Part shown: piece by piece, positions 18,836 through 26,998 of the stretch
How the letters are laid out: every line of letters begins with the position of its first letter
Numbering within the stretch: position 1 is the first letter of the stretch
Source of the DNA: an uncultured Candidatus Saccharibacteria bacterium
GTDB taxonomy: Bacteria; Patescibacteriota; Minisyncoccia; Phycocordibacterales; Phycocordibacteraceae
Assembly (NCBI GenBank): GCA_964650475.1
Contig: CAZYRK010000002.1
Coordinates: 12,087 to 76,086, forward strand
DNA length: 64,000 bases
Direction of reading: 5' to 3'
Program-made: the position numbers and the translations under genes
Notes under the pieces: model-generated
What the model saw: only the letters and a program-made list of their open reading frames with translations
What the model was told of the DNA's origin: nothing
Databases searched by the model: none

Positions 18836-19301
18836 CTTTATGAAACTCTGGTATAAAAAATCTAGCCTTTTCATACTCGCCGGCATTTCGTATCTTGTCG
18901 GGCAGTATTTTAGAGGAGAATGGTGGCCTTTTTTCACATGGCCATTCAAATGCAATATGATAACTTCAGGAACCGCCATGTACTGCGACCCTAAATATAT
19001 GGACACTCTCGGCTTTCCTCTCATCGTCCTCGGACAGACGCTCGCTATCGTTGCGCTCATACTTTTGCTTGCAAACGAAAGTGCTTTTCGCAAATGGCTT
19101 CACTTTAGTTATTGGTATGTGCCTGTTGCAACAATACTCTCGTTTATGATGTATCCCGCCCATACCCCTCTTGGCGGAGAGGTTTCTATTTCGCAAGGTG
19201 TTTATTTGTTTGGGAGACCGTATGTTCTCATCACCGCCGGGATTGTAATTCTATATATTCTAAAATTCCTAAAGAGACAACTTCGGGAAAGGAGACTCCG
19301 A
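18791..19301. repeat. 511-bp direct repeat, copy 1
   Basis: Identical ORFs on both strands and identical boundary sequence imply that 18791-19301 equals 19990-20500. It includes the last 45 nt of the hydrolase gene. Confidence 0.75.
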
Positions 19302-19316
19302 GTGAAGCGAGACTAG
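18840..19316 (+). CDS. Hypothetical polytopic membrane protein (copy 1)
   Basis: 158 aa, ~4 predicted TM helices. The first 153 aa are identical to ORF 20039-20536. Confidence 0.5.
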   Translation: MKLWYKKSSLFILAGISYLVGQYFRGEWWPFFTWPFKCNMITSGTAMYCDPKYMDTLGFPLIVLGQTLAIVALILLLANESAFRKWLHFSYWYVPVATILSFMMYPAHTPLGGEVSISQGVYLFGRPYVLITAGIVILYILKFLKRQLRERRLRVKRD

Positions 19317-19428
19317 CCGAGAGTTAACAGAAGCCCAAAACAGAAGTGTTTTAACACTGGCGAACACTTTGCACAGAAAAACATACGCTCGATTCAAGTT
19401 TCCACCTCCATATGATAGGGTTTGATAT

Positions 19429-19743
19429 ATGAAGAATACTTTCAAAAAAGGGGTTTCCAGAGTTTTGATTTTTTTCGATACTGCGGAAAAAGTTTGGTAT
19501 GGGGTTGCTTTGGATTTTAATCTTATCGTTGACGGAAACGAACCGGAGACGGTTCGGAAAGACCTCCGGAATTTAATGCTCGACTATATCGACTCTGCAA
19601 AAAAGCTGGGGGACGAAAAACTTTTGAATAGAAAAATCGATAGTGAGTATGAAAAGATATGGAAAGAACTAGAAAAAGGAAACTTGGAAAAGAAGCTTTT
19701 GTCTCCATATCGGTTCTACTCTGCGAGTAAAGAATATGTCTAA
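19429..19743 (+). CDS. hicB: HicB-like antitoxin (UPF0150 fold)
   Basis: 104 aa, ..VLIFFDTAEKVWYGVALDFNLIVDGNEPETVRKDLRNLMLDYIDSA is a HicB-like pattern. It overlaps downstream hicA by 8 nt. Confidence 0.5.
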   Translation: MKNTFKKGVSRVLIFFDTAEKVWYGVALDFNLIVDGNEPETVRKDLRNLMLDYIDSAKKLGDEKLLNRKIDSEYEKIWKELEKGNLEKKLLSPYRFYSASKEYV

Positions 19744-19975
19744 TTGTTATAAAAATTGGATTTTTATAGATATTAAAAAGTTTTTAGTTATAAACGATTT
19801 CAAATTGTTGAGACAAAAAGGAAGTCATGTTCATTTTTATAAAAAAGTACATGGAAAAACTTTTTTGGTTACGGTTCCATTCCATGGGAAGCAAAGCCTT
19901 AAAATAAAGACTATGAAAAATGTCATCGACAATTCACAAATTGATAAAGAAAAATGGTTTGAATTTAAAAAATAA
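19736..19975 (+). CDS. hicA: HicA-family toxin
   Basis: 79 aa, ..FKLLRQKGSHVHFYKKVHGKTFLVTVPFHGKQSLKIKTMKNVI matches HicA consensus. Confidence 0.65.
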   Translation: MSNCYKNWIFIDIKKFLVINDFKLLRQKGSHVHFYKKVHGKTFLVTVPFHGKQSLKIKTMKNVIDNSQIDKEKWFEFKK

Positions 19976-19989
19976 GTAATTGCTCTTAA

Positions 19990-20500
19990 GAAACCATTAT
20001 CGATATGATCAACCGCCTAAAAAACTTAATCTAACTTTATGAAACTCTGGTATAAAAAATCTAGCCTTTTCATACTCGCCGGCATTTCGTATCTTGTCGG
20101 GCAGTATTTTAGAGGAGAATGGTGGCCTTTTTTCACATGGCCATTCAAATGCAATATGATAACTTCAGGAACCGCCATGTACTGCGACCCTAAATATATG
20201 GACACTCTCGGCTTTCCTCTCATCGTCCTCGGACAGACGCTCGCTATCGTTGCGCTCATACTTTTGCTTGCAAACGAAAGTGCTTTTCGCAAATGGCTTC
20301 ACTTTAGTTATTGGTATGTGCCTGTTGCAACAATACTCTCGTTTATGATGTATCCCGCCCATACCCCTCTTGGCGGAGAGGTTTCTATTTCGCAAGGTGT
20401 TTATTTGTTTGGGAGACCGTATGTTCTCATCACCGCCGGGATTGTAATTCTATATATTCTAAAATTCCTAAAGAGACAACTTCGGGAAAGGAGACTCCGA
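19990..20500. repeat. 511-bp direct repeat, copy 2
   Basis: See copy 1. It starts with a duplicated fragment of the hydrolase 3' end (..ETIIDMINRLKNLI*). Confidence 0.75.
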
Positions 20501-20536
20501 AAAATAAAAGCACGCGAATCTACAGACACACACTAA
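20039..20536 (+). CDS. Hypothetical polytopic membrane protein (copy 2, different C-terminus)
   Basis: 165 aa. It diverges from copy 1 only after residue 153, where the repeat ends. Confidence 0.5.
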   Translation: MKLWYKKSSLFILAGISYLVGQYFRGEWWPFFTWPFKCNMITSGTAMYCDPKYMDTLGFPLIVLGQTLAIVALILLLANESAFRKWLHFSYWYVPVATILSFMMYPAHTPLGGEVSISQGVYLFGRPYVLITAGIVILYILKFLKRQLRERRLRKIKARESTDTH

Positions 20537-20699
20537 ACCAGCCAACGACTTTGTCGTTGGCTGTATTTTTTTATATATGTACTTTGCTAGTTTGCTTTTA
20601 TAAGCTGCGCAGTAAAACCGGCGCGCCGGTTTTACTCTTCACCGCCCCACTTTCCTACCTTCTCTTTAAGCTCCCTCTTATAGAAAAAACTATTCAGTG

Positions 20700-21413
20700 T
20701 CAGAAGAACGCTTCCGTACAGATTTTTTCTTCATCCACACCGATAGACTTAAGCCCTCTCCACATATCTCGCACAAACGATATCGAACCACATATGAAAA
20801 ACTCCGCTTCGGTTTTTCTATTAAGTTTATTTAAAACCGTTTCCGCAGACATTCTGCCATAAGTCATTTCAGTTGGGATATTTTCTTCTTGTGTGATGAA
20901 ATAATCCACTTTTATAAACAGGTGCTCAAGAGCCAGCTTGTCGAGTGTCTTATGAAAGACAATATCAGAAACTGTTTTGTTGCTGTAAAAAAGATGCATT
21001 TCCCTTTCCTGTTTTTTACCCACAGAATCGAGCATTACGCTCCGAAAAGGAGCTACGCCGATACCGCCCGCAAGCATTACAAGCATACTGGCTTTGGACT
21101 CGCTATAAAAATACCCGCTTGGAGCTGACGCTAAAAAAGTATCTCCCGGAGCAAGAGCGCACAGCCGGCGCGAAAAGTCTCCACGTGCACTTACCGTTAT
21201 GCTTATCGGCTCTGTCGGGGCACTTGAAATACTGTATGCCTTGCCTTCTGGTGTGCCGAGCTCCGGAAGATACACTGTTATAAATTGCCCGGGTACATAC
21301 TCTGCAGGCTCTCCTTCGCACGAAAGACGCAAGGTCGTAACACTTGGTGTCTCAATTTCAGTGCTTGTCACCGTATATATTTTTTTATTTGTTTTTTGCA
21401 TCATTTTTTTCAT
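20700..21413 (-). CDS. FAD/NAD(P)-binding oxidoreductase (ferredoxin-NADP reductase-like)
   Basis: 237 aa, FAD-binding ..KAYSISS.. and NAD-binding MLAGGIGVAPF motifs. Confidence 0.7.
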   Translation of the reverse strand: MKKMMQKTNKKIYTVTSTEIETPSVTTLRLSCEGEPAEYVPGQFITVYLPELGTPEGKAYSISSAPTEPISITVSARGDFSRRLCALAPGDTFLASAPSGYFYSESKASMLVMLAGGIGVAPFRSVMLDSVGKKQEREMHLFYSNKTVSDIVFHKTLDKLALEHLFIKVDYFITQEENIPTEMTYGRMSAETVLNKLNRKTEAEFFICGSISFVRDMWRGLKSIGVDEEKICTEAFF

Positions 21414-21825
21414 AGTCTTTTATTGCATCTTTAAGTGCCAAATGCCCCAGAACCGAACAATGGTATTTACGATCCGGAAGCCCCTCAAGTCTTTCGATAA
21501 TCGCCTCGGGCTGTATCTTTTTGGCGCGGGCAATAAGCATTCCACCATTTTCAGTCACCATCAAAGACAACATCGAGGTAGAAGCTATCGCTGACGCGCA
21601 ACCGAAAGTACGCCACTTGCACTCTGTTATTTTTTGATTTCCCTTATCAACTCGTATCCATATCGCCATCATGTCGCCACACGCAGGGCTTCCCACGACA
21701 CCGACACCGTCTGCCACATAGTTTTTTTCATCAAGCAATATGTTCCGCGGATTAAAGAAATGATCTTTCACCACTTCACTGTAAAGCCACCCTTCTACAT
21801 CGCATTTTTTTATTTCTGTTTTCAT
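21385..21825 (-). CDS. nifU: Fe-S cluster scaffold NifU/IscU-like
   Basis: ..GSPACGDMM...WRTFGCASAIASTS.. conserved Cys ligands of IscU/NifU N-domain. Confidence 0.85.
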   Translation of the reverse strand: MKTEIKKCDVEGWLYSEVVKDHFFNPRNILLDEKNYVADGVGVVGSPACGDMMAIWIRVDKGNQKITECKWRTFGCASAIASTSMLSLMVTENGGMLIARAKKIQPEAIIERLEGLPDRKYHCSVLGHLALKDAIKDYEKNDAKNK

Positions 21826-23021
21826 AAACATATCTCTAGCGCTGACAACGACCTTAATTTTTTAATAATTTCAGGCAAAACACCGAGTACGTATTTCAAT
21901 TCTTTTAGAGTTGTATACCTTCCTAACGAAAAGCGAATACTTCCGTGCGCAAGCTCCGCACTTTGCCCGATAGCCAAAAGCACATGCGAAGGTCGCAAGT
22001 CTCGCGCAGAGCACGCGGAACCGGTCGCAACCTCTACGCCCATGCTGTCCAGCATAAGCAGTATCGATTCCCCTTCTATATTTGGAAAAGAAAAATGCAC
22101 ATTGCCCGGAAGGCGTTTGGTAGGGTGTCCGTTAAGAATTGCCTCCGGAATTTCTTTCTTCACACGAGCGATAAAGTAGTCGCGGAGCTTGGCGAGGCGC
22201 GCCGGCTCTTTATCTCGCATCAAATCTGCAATGCGAAGAGCTTCGGCACACCCCACGATAAAAGGTACGCTCTGTGTGCCGGCGCGCACCCCGCCCTCTT
22301 GCCCACCACCAACAATGACGGGCTCTATTCGCACCCCGTTTCTTTTATATAAAAAGCCAATGCCTTTAGGTCCATACATTTTAGAACCATTGAGAGTCAT
22401 CAGGTCGACACCCGTTTCTAAAACGCTAAGCGACAAAAAACCCGGAGCCTGACAAGCATCGGTATGCAAAAGTGGAAATTGTTTTCCTCCACGAAAAGTT
22501 TGGATAAGTTTGGAGATTTCACGAATCGGCTCGACCGTCCCTATTTCATTATTTGCATACATTACAGAAACCAACACAGTGTCGTCACGCAACATCTCAG
22601 AAAGACGCTTCGTATCGATTATCCCGTTTGAAAGCACTGGTGCCACACTTACCTCAAATCCCTCGCGCTCCAAAAGATGCGCGCTCTCAAACACTGCTTT
22701 GTGTTCTATGGAAGAAATTATGATGTGTCGCCCGTTTGCTTTATTTGCTCGCGCAACGCCAAGCAGTGCAAGGTTGTCCGACTCAGTGCCGGAACCGGTA
22801 AAAATAATCTCCTCTGCGGAGCACTCGAGTACCTTCGCCACAACAGACTTTGCTTCTTTAATAGCGTGCATAGCCCTACGTCCGCTTGCATAAAGTGAAG
22901 ACGGATTACCATAACGCTTATCAAAATACAGCATCATCGCTTTAAGCACTCGCGGATCAAGCGGTGTTGTTGCGGAGTAGTCTAGATATACAGAGCTATC
23001 GGATTGCGCAGTAATCGACAT
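21822..23021 (-). CDS. nifS: Cysteine desulfurase (NifS/IscS, class V aminotransferase)
   Basis: 399 aa, ..IYLDYSATTPLD.. N-terminus, PLP-lysine region, catalytic loop ..GSACSA... Confidence 0.9.
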   Translation of the reverse strand: MSITAQSDSSVYLDYSATTPLDPRVLKAMMLYFDKRYGNPSSLYASGRRAMHAIKEAKSVVAKVLECSAEEIIFTGSGTESDNLALLGVARANKANGRHIIISSIEHKAVFESAHLLEREGFEVSVAPVLSNGIIDTKRLSEMLRDDTVLVSVMYANNEIGTVEPIREISKLIQTFRGGKQFPLLHTDACQAPGFLSLSVLETGVDLMTLNGSKMYGPKGIGFLYKRNGVRIEPVIVGGGQEGGVRAGTQSVPFIVGCAEALRIADLMRDKEPARLAKLRDYFIARVKKEIPEAILNGHPTKRLPGNVHFSFPNIEGESILLMLDSMGVEVATGSACSARDLRPSHVLLAIGQSAELAHGSIRFSLGRYTTLKELKYVLGVLPEIIKKLRSLSALEICL

Positions 23022-23682
23022 ATTTATTTAGCATTACCTTAAACTCCTCCATTTCCGCATCACTATAGCTAACCTTGTGCTTGAGCTGAGGGTTTAATAT
23101 TTTGGTCGAAACAAACTTCTGCAAAAAATACCGTTTTGCACCTTTTATTTCTTTCCCAATCTGCAAAATATCCTCTTTTGCAAGAATTCCTTTAACAAAG
23201 GTCGTGCGAAACTCATATTTTATCGACGAACCCATCAGAAGCTCCACACTCTTTCGTACCGCTTCAATATTTACAGGCATAGAAACAGTCTGAGGATACA
23301 ATGCGAAAGGTGATTTTATATCCATTGCGATATAGTCGACAACTCCTTTTTCTATCAAGTCGCGAAGCATTTCAGGACGCGTGCCGTTAGAATCCAGCTT
23401 AACAAGGAAGCCTCTATCTTTAATCTTTTTAATAACCTCTGGCAAACCGTCGTGCATTGTCGGCTCGCCTCCGGTGATAACAACACCGTCTAACATTCCT
23501 TTTCGCGTATCCAAAAACTCAAAAAAGCTGTCCTCGGAAATACGAGTTTCAACAGTCTCGTTTACCAGCTCCGGATTATGGCAATACGGGCAATGGAAAT
23601 TACAACCTATAGTGTAGACAACGCACGCAACCTTTCCGGGATAGTCTACAAGCGTAAATTTTTCCAATCCTCCAAACTCCAT
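22996..23682 (-). CDS. nrdG: Anaerobic ribonucleotide reductase activating protein (radical SAM)
   Basis: 228 aa, CNFHCPYC radical-SAM motif, directly downstream of nrdD. Confidence 0.85.
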   Translation of the reverse strand: MEFGGLEKFTLVDYPGKVACVVYTIGCNFHCPYCHNPELVNETVETRISEDSFFEFLDTRKGMLDGVVITGGEPTMHDGLPEVIKKIKDRGFLVKLDSNGTRPEMLRDLIEKGVVDYIAMDIKSPFALYPQTVSMPVNIEAVRKSVELLMGSSIKYEFRTTFVKGILAKEDILQIGKEIKGAKRYFLQKFVSTKILNPQLKHKVSYSDAEMEEFKVMLNKYVDYCAIR

Positions 23683-23686
23683 TTTA

Positions 23687-25855
23687 TTATTTTGTATTTA
23701 CAGCCTCCTCTGCAGAAACCTCAACATGCACAGAAAGAGGGTCGTATGTCTCGCGAGCTTCATACTCTGCTTGCTTCCCTATGTTCCACTGGCTAACCGG
23801 ACGCAAATACCCAACCACACGCGAATATACTTCGCATTCATTTTTGCAAGTCGGACACAGGTGGTGTTCTCCGGCGATATACCCATGAACAGAACACACG
23901 CTAAAGGTGGGGGTTATCGTAAAATATGGCAGTTTATAATTTTCGCAAATCTTTTTTACCAACGCGGGTACAGCTCCGGCATCTGCAATCCTCTCTCCTA
24001 AAAACAAGTGCATCACAGTACCTCCTGTATATTTTGTCTGAAGACCGTCTTGAATATCCATCGCTTCTATAATGTCGTTTGTGTATTGCACCGGAAGATG
24101 AGATGAGTTGGTGTAAAAAGGTGATGCTCCTTTTGCATACTCGCTCTCGTTCGCAACAATAATATCCGGAAACTGTTTTTTATCTTTTTCGGCTATTCGA
24201 TACGAAGTACCCTCTGCCGGAGTAGCCTCTAGGTTGTACAGGTTGCCTGTGTCTTTTTGATATCCGACAAGACGCTCTCTCATATAATCTAAGACTTTCG
24301 TAGCAAACGCATGCCCTTTTTCCGTACCGATATCTTCTCCCAAAAGATTAACCAGCGCTTCATTCATACCCAGCAAACCTATAGTTGAGAAATGGTTTTC
24401 CCAGTACGCACCGTACGATTCTTTTATTTTTCTTAAATAAAACTTTGTGTATGGATACAAATTTGCATCTGTAAGTTTCTCCAGTATTTTACGTTTAATC
24501 TCCAGACTCTCTTTCGCGATATCCATTTGGACAGACAGCAACGAAAAGAACACCTCTTCTGCCTTTTTCATATCACCATGGCTTTTTTGCTTTGCCAGAT
24601 ACCCCAAACGAGGCATGTTTATCGTTACCACGCCCACCGATCCGGTAAGAGCATTTGCACCAAAAAGCCCTCCCCCGCGTCTGTCGAGTGCTTCGAGGTC
24701 GAGTCTTAGCCTGCAACACATCGACCGCGTGTCTTCCGGCTTCATATCTGAATTTACAAAATTGCTAAAGTAAGGCACGCCGTACTTTGCGGTAATCTCC
24801 CACAAGCCACGCAGGTTTGGATTTTCCCAGTCAAAGTCGCTTGTAACATTTACAGTAGGGATTGGAAATGTAAACACGCGTCCGGAAGCGTCTCCCTCGC
24901 TCATCACTTCAAAAAACGCAGAGTTTAACATGTCCATTTCTTTCTGAAATTCGCCGTATGTTTCATCTTGCTCTTCCCCGCCGATGATAACTTTCTGATC
25001 CTTAAAATTCGGTGAGGGTGTGAGGTCGAGCGTAATGTTAGAGAACGGCGTCTGAAAACCAACACGAGTCGGCACATTCATATTGAAAATAAATTCCTGC
25101 ACAGACTGCTTTACCTCTTTTTGAGAAAGGTTGTCGTAGCGAACAAACGGAGCTAGCAATGTGTCGAAATTTGAAAAGGCGATAGCTCCGGCTGCTTCAC
25201 CCTGCAAGGTATACATAAAATTTACCATCTGCCCAAGCGCTACACGCAGATGCTTCGCCGGTGCCGACTCGATTTTACCGGAGACACCGCGAAAACCTTC
25301 TGTGAGCAGGTCCTGCAGATCCCAACCAACGCAATAGACTGCGAGAGTGCCGAGGTCGTGAATGTGAAGACTGCCTTTCTCGTGCGCATCTCTTATTTTT
25401 TTCGGATAGATTTTATTAAGCCAATACGTTTTACTTACTTCTGAAAAAATATGGTTATTCATTCCCTGAAGCGAATAACCCATATTGCTGTTTTCTTTTA
25501 CCTGCCAGTCTAGCTCGCTGAGATAGTTGTCGACCAACCCAAGCGAGACGGAAGTGGCGAAAGCTCGCATTTCTGCATGTTGTTCACGGTAAATTATGTA
25601 AGCCTTTGCCGTAGCGGGAAAATTATTAAGTATGAGCTGGTTTTCTACAATATCCTGCACATCTTCAATAGAAGGAATCTCTTTGGAAAAGTTTTTACTA
25701 ATATCTGAAACGATATTGTTTGTCATTGCAAAAAGAACACTATCTGAGATATTTTCACCTGAAGCTGAAAAAGCCTTTTTAAGCGCACTTGTAATTTTTT
25801 CTGCATCAAAAATAACAACGCTTCCGTTTCTTTTTTTAATTTCAAGTATGGGCAT
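23687..25855 (-). CDS. nrdD: Anaerobic ribonucleoside-triphosphate reductase (class III)
   Basis: 722 aa, N-terminal ATP-cone, C-terminal glycyl-radical motif SRVVGYLRP and CPTC zinc site. Confidence 0.92.
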   Translation of the reverse strand: MPILEIKKRNGSVVIFDAEKITSALKKAFSASGENISDSVLFAMTNNIVSDISKNFSKEIPSIEDVQDIVENQLILNNFPATAKAYIIYREQHAEMRAFATSVSLGLVDNYLSELDWQVKENSNMGYSLQGMNNHIFSEVSKTYWLNKIYPKKIRDAHEKGSLHIHDLGTLAVYCVGWDLQDLLTEGFRGVSGKIESAPAKHLRVALGQMVNFMYTLQGEAAGAIAFSNFDTLLAPFVRYDNLSQKEVKQSVQEFIFNMNVPTRVGFQTPFSNITLDLTPSPNFKDQKVIIGGEEQDETYGEFQKEMDMLNSAFFEVMSEGDASGRVFTFPIPTVNVTSDFDWENPNLRGLWEITAKYGVPYFSNFVNSDMKPEDTRSMCCRLRLDLEALDRRGGGLFGANALTGSVGVVTINMPRLGYLAKQKSHGDMKKAEEVFFSLLSVQMDIAKESLEIKRKILEKLTDANLYPYTKFYLRKIKESYGAYWENHFSTIGLLGMNEALVNLLGEDIGTEKGHAFATKVLDYMRERLVGYQKDTGNLYNLEATPAEGTSYRIAEKDKKQFPDIIVANESEYAKGASPFYTNSSHLPVQYTNDIIEAMDIQDGLQTKYTGGTVMHLFLGERIADAGAVPALVKKICENYKLPYFTITPTFSVCSVHGYIAGEHHLCPTCKNECEVYSRVVGYLRPVSQWNIGKQAEYEARETYDPLSVHVEVSAEEAVNTK

Positions 25856-25875
25856 AATAAATATCGTGATATTAA

Positions 25876-25918
25876 TAAAAAACAGCCGGCGCTCCGCGCC
25901 GGCTGTTTTTTATTTTTT
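25876..25918 (-). terminator. Intrinsic terminator between the riboswitch-like element and the nrdD start (putative expression platform)
   Basis: CAGCCGGCGC-TCC-GCGCCGGCTG stem, followed on the minus strand by TTTTTT, 20 nt upstream of the nrdD ATG. Confidence 0.55.
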
Positions 25919-25939
25919 CTGTAATATAAAAATTCAAAC

Positions 25940-26110
25940 AAAATACCTTACGCGGGCATAAGCATTAGACTTTACGTCTATGTTTTGGATGGTCTGACTT
26001 CTCATACGAGTTACAGTTGCGCGACAGTACCGGACTTGCACCGGTTTCACTCCAAAACTACTTTTAGGCTGTAAACGAACTGCCCTCATCATACCTCATG
26101 CCGGCACATA
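25940..26110 (-). ncRNA. Candidate cobalamin (B12) riboswitch aptamer upstream of nrdDG
   Basis: Minus strand reads ..GGAGTGAAACCGGTGCAAGTCCGGTACTGTCGCGCAACTGTAAC...GAGAAGTCAGACCATCC.., resembling the cobalamin-riboswitch core (GGUG.AA.UCC...CCCGC.ACUGUAA) and B12-box-like AGUCAGACC. It lies in the 5' leader of nrdD. Not verified by a covariance model. Confidence 0.5.
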
Positions 26111-26150
26111 TTGCTCGTGGATAATGCAGATATTTATTTATACCAACGCG

Positions 26151-26184
26151 AAAAACCGGCGCGCCTTCGGCGCGCCGGTTTTTC
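26151..26184 (-). terminator. Hairpin terminator after the cohesin-like gene
   Basis: AAAAACCGGCGCGCC-TTC-GGCGCGCCGGTTTTT. Confidence 0.55.
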
Positions 26185-26228
26185 TCTTCACTGCCCTACT
26201 TTCCTACCTTTTTCTTAAAAGCTCCCGC

Positions 26229-26990
26229 TTATCGAAAGAGTCGTTTGCGGTTTGTCCAAAGCACAATACCAAGAACTATCACAAGCGCCACAATCGCCCA
26301 AAAAGTGGTTGTGAAAGGAGTGCTACCTTGTATCGGAGCACTCGCCGCCGCCTGAAGAGGCATCTGCGTTACAGTGCCGGAAGCCATTGCGGTACTCGTA
26401 GCGGTGCTTGTCGCCTCTACGGCAACAACAGTTGCTACAGGAACCGTTTTCTTTACGGTCTTTTTAGTATACGTTTTGTGCACCACTTTTTTTGGAGCTT
26501 TCTTTACCACTTTGTGAGGAGCAGAAACAGCAACGACAGCGACCCCTTGCGTACCGGAAATCGTGTTTTTGCTATTTTCATCGAGCACGAGCGAATTGCC
26601 CGTAACACTGATATTTGCCGTACCGGAAGCAACCGCTGTAAAGGTTATGGTTCCAAAAAGTATCGGCGAGGAAATACCACCAGGGTACCCTGCTGTTTTT
26701 ATAATCAAACCGTTTGTGTTGTCTGTTAGGTCGTATCCACTCGTAGAAAGCGCGAGCCATTTTGGAGCGAAAGTAAAACTTGTTACATGCACGAGCTTCG
26801 GGTTAAAAGAAACGTTTGCCCGCACAGTATAGACCTTTTCACCGACAGGGTTTGCTGTCACGTTTATCGTGAATACTTTGCCCGGGGTTACAGAAACCGC
26901 CGTAGGCGAAAGCGTTACGTTTGAAGCGAGAGCAGACGCTGGGAGCACTACAGAGAGTGCAACGATTAGAGTTAAAAGAAATCTTTTCAT
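26229..26990 (-). CDS. Secreted cohesin-like domain protein with K-rich linker and C-terminal TM anchor
   Basis: 253 aa with a signal peptide. The beta-sandwich region (VTLSPTAVSVTPGKVFTINVTANPVGEKVYTVRANVSFNPKLVHVTS...) has a cohesin-like pattern, followed by a KK/VV-rich linker and a hydrophobic C-terminus + RKRLFR. Confidence 0.5.
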   Translation of the reverse strand: MKRFLLTLIVALSVVLPASALASNVTLSPTAVSVTPGKVFTINVTANPVGEKVYTVRANVSFNPKLVHVTSFTFAPKWLALSTSGYDLTDNTNGLIIKTAGYPGGISSPILFGTITFTAVASGTANISVTGNSLVLDENSKNTISGTQGVAVVAVSAPHKVVKKAPKKVVHKTYTKKTVKKTVPVATVVAVEATSTATSTAMASGTVTQMPLQAAASAPIQGSTPFTTTFWAIVALVIVLGIVLWTNRKRLFR

Positions 26991-26998
26991 ATATTATA

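Noticed and set aside
20311-20862. Plus-strand ORFs 20311-20862 and 26124-26729 sharing a PVLLFTAPLSYLLFK peptide
   Set aside because: The shared peptide is the translation of the conserved 3'-UTR/terminator module on the opposite strand. The ORFs overlap real minus-strand genes.
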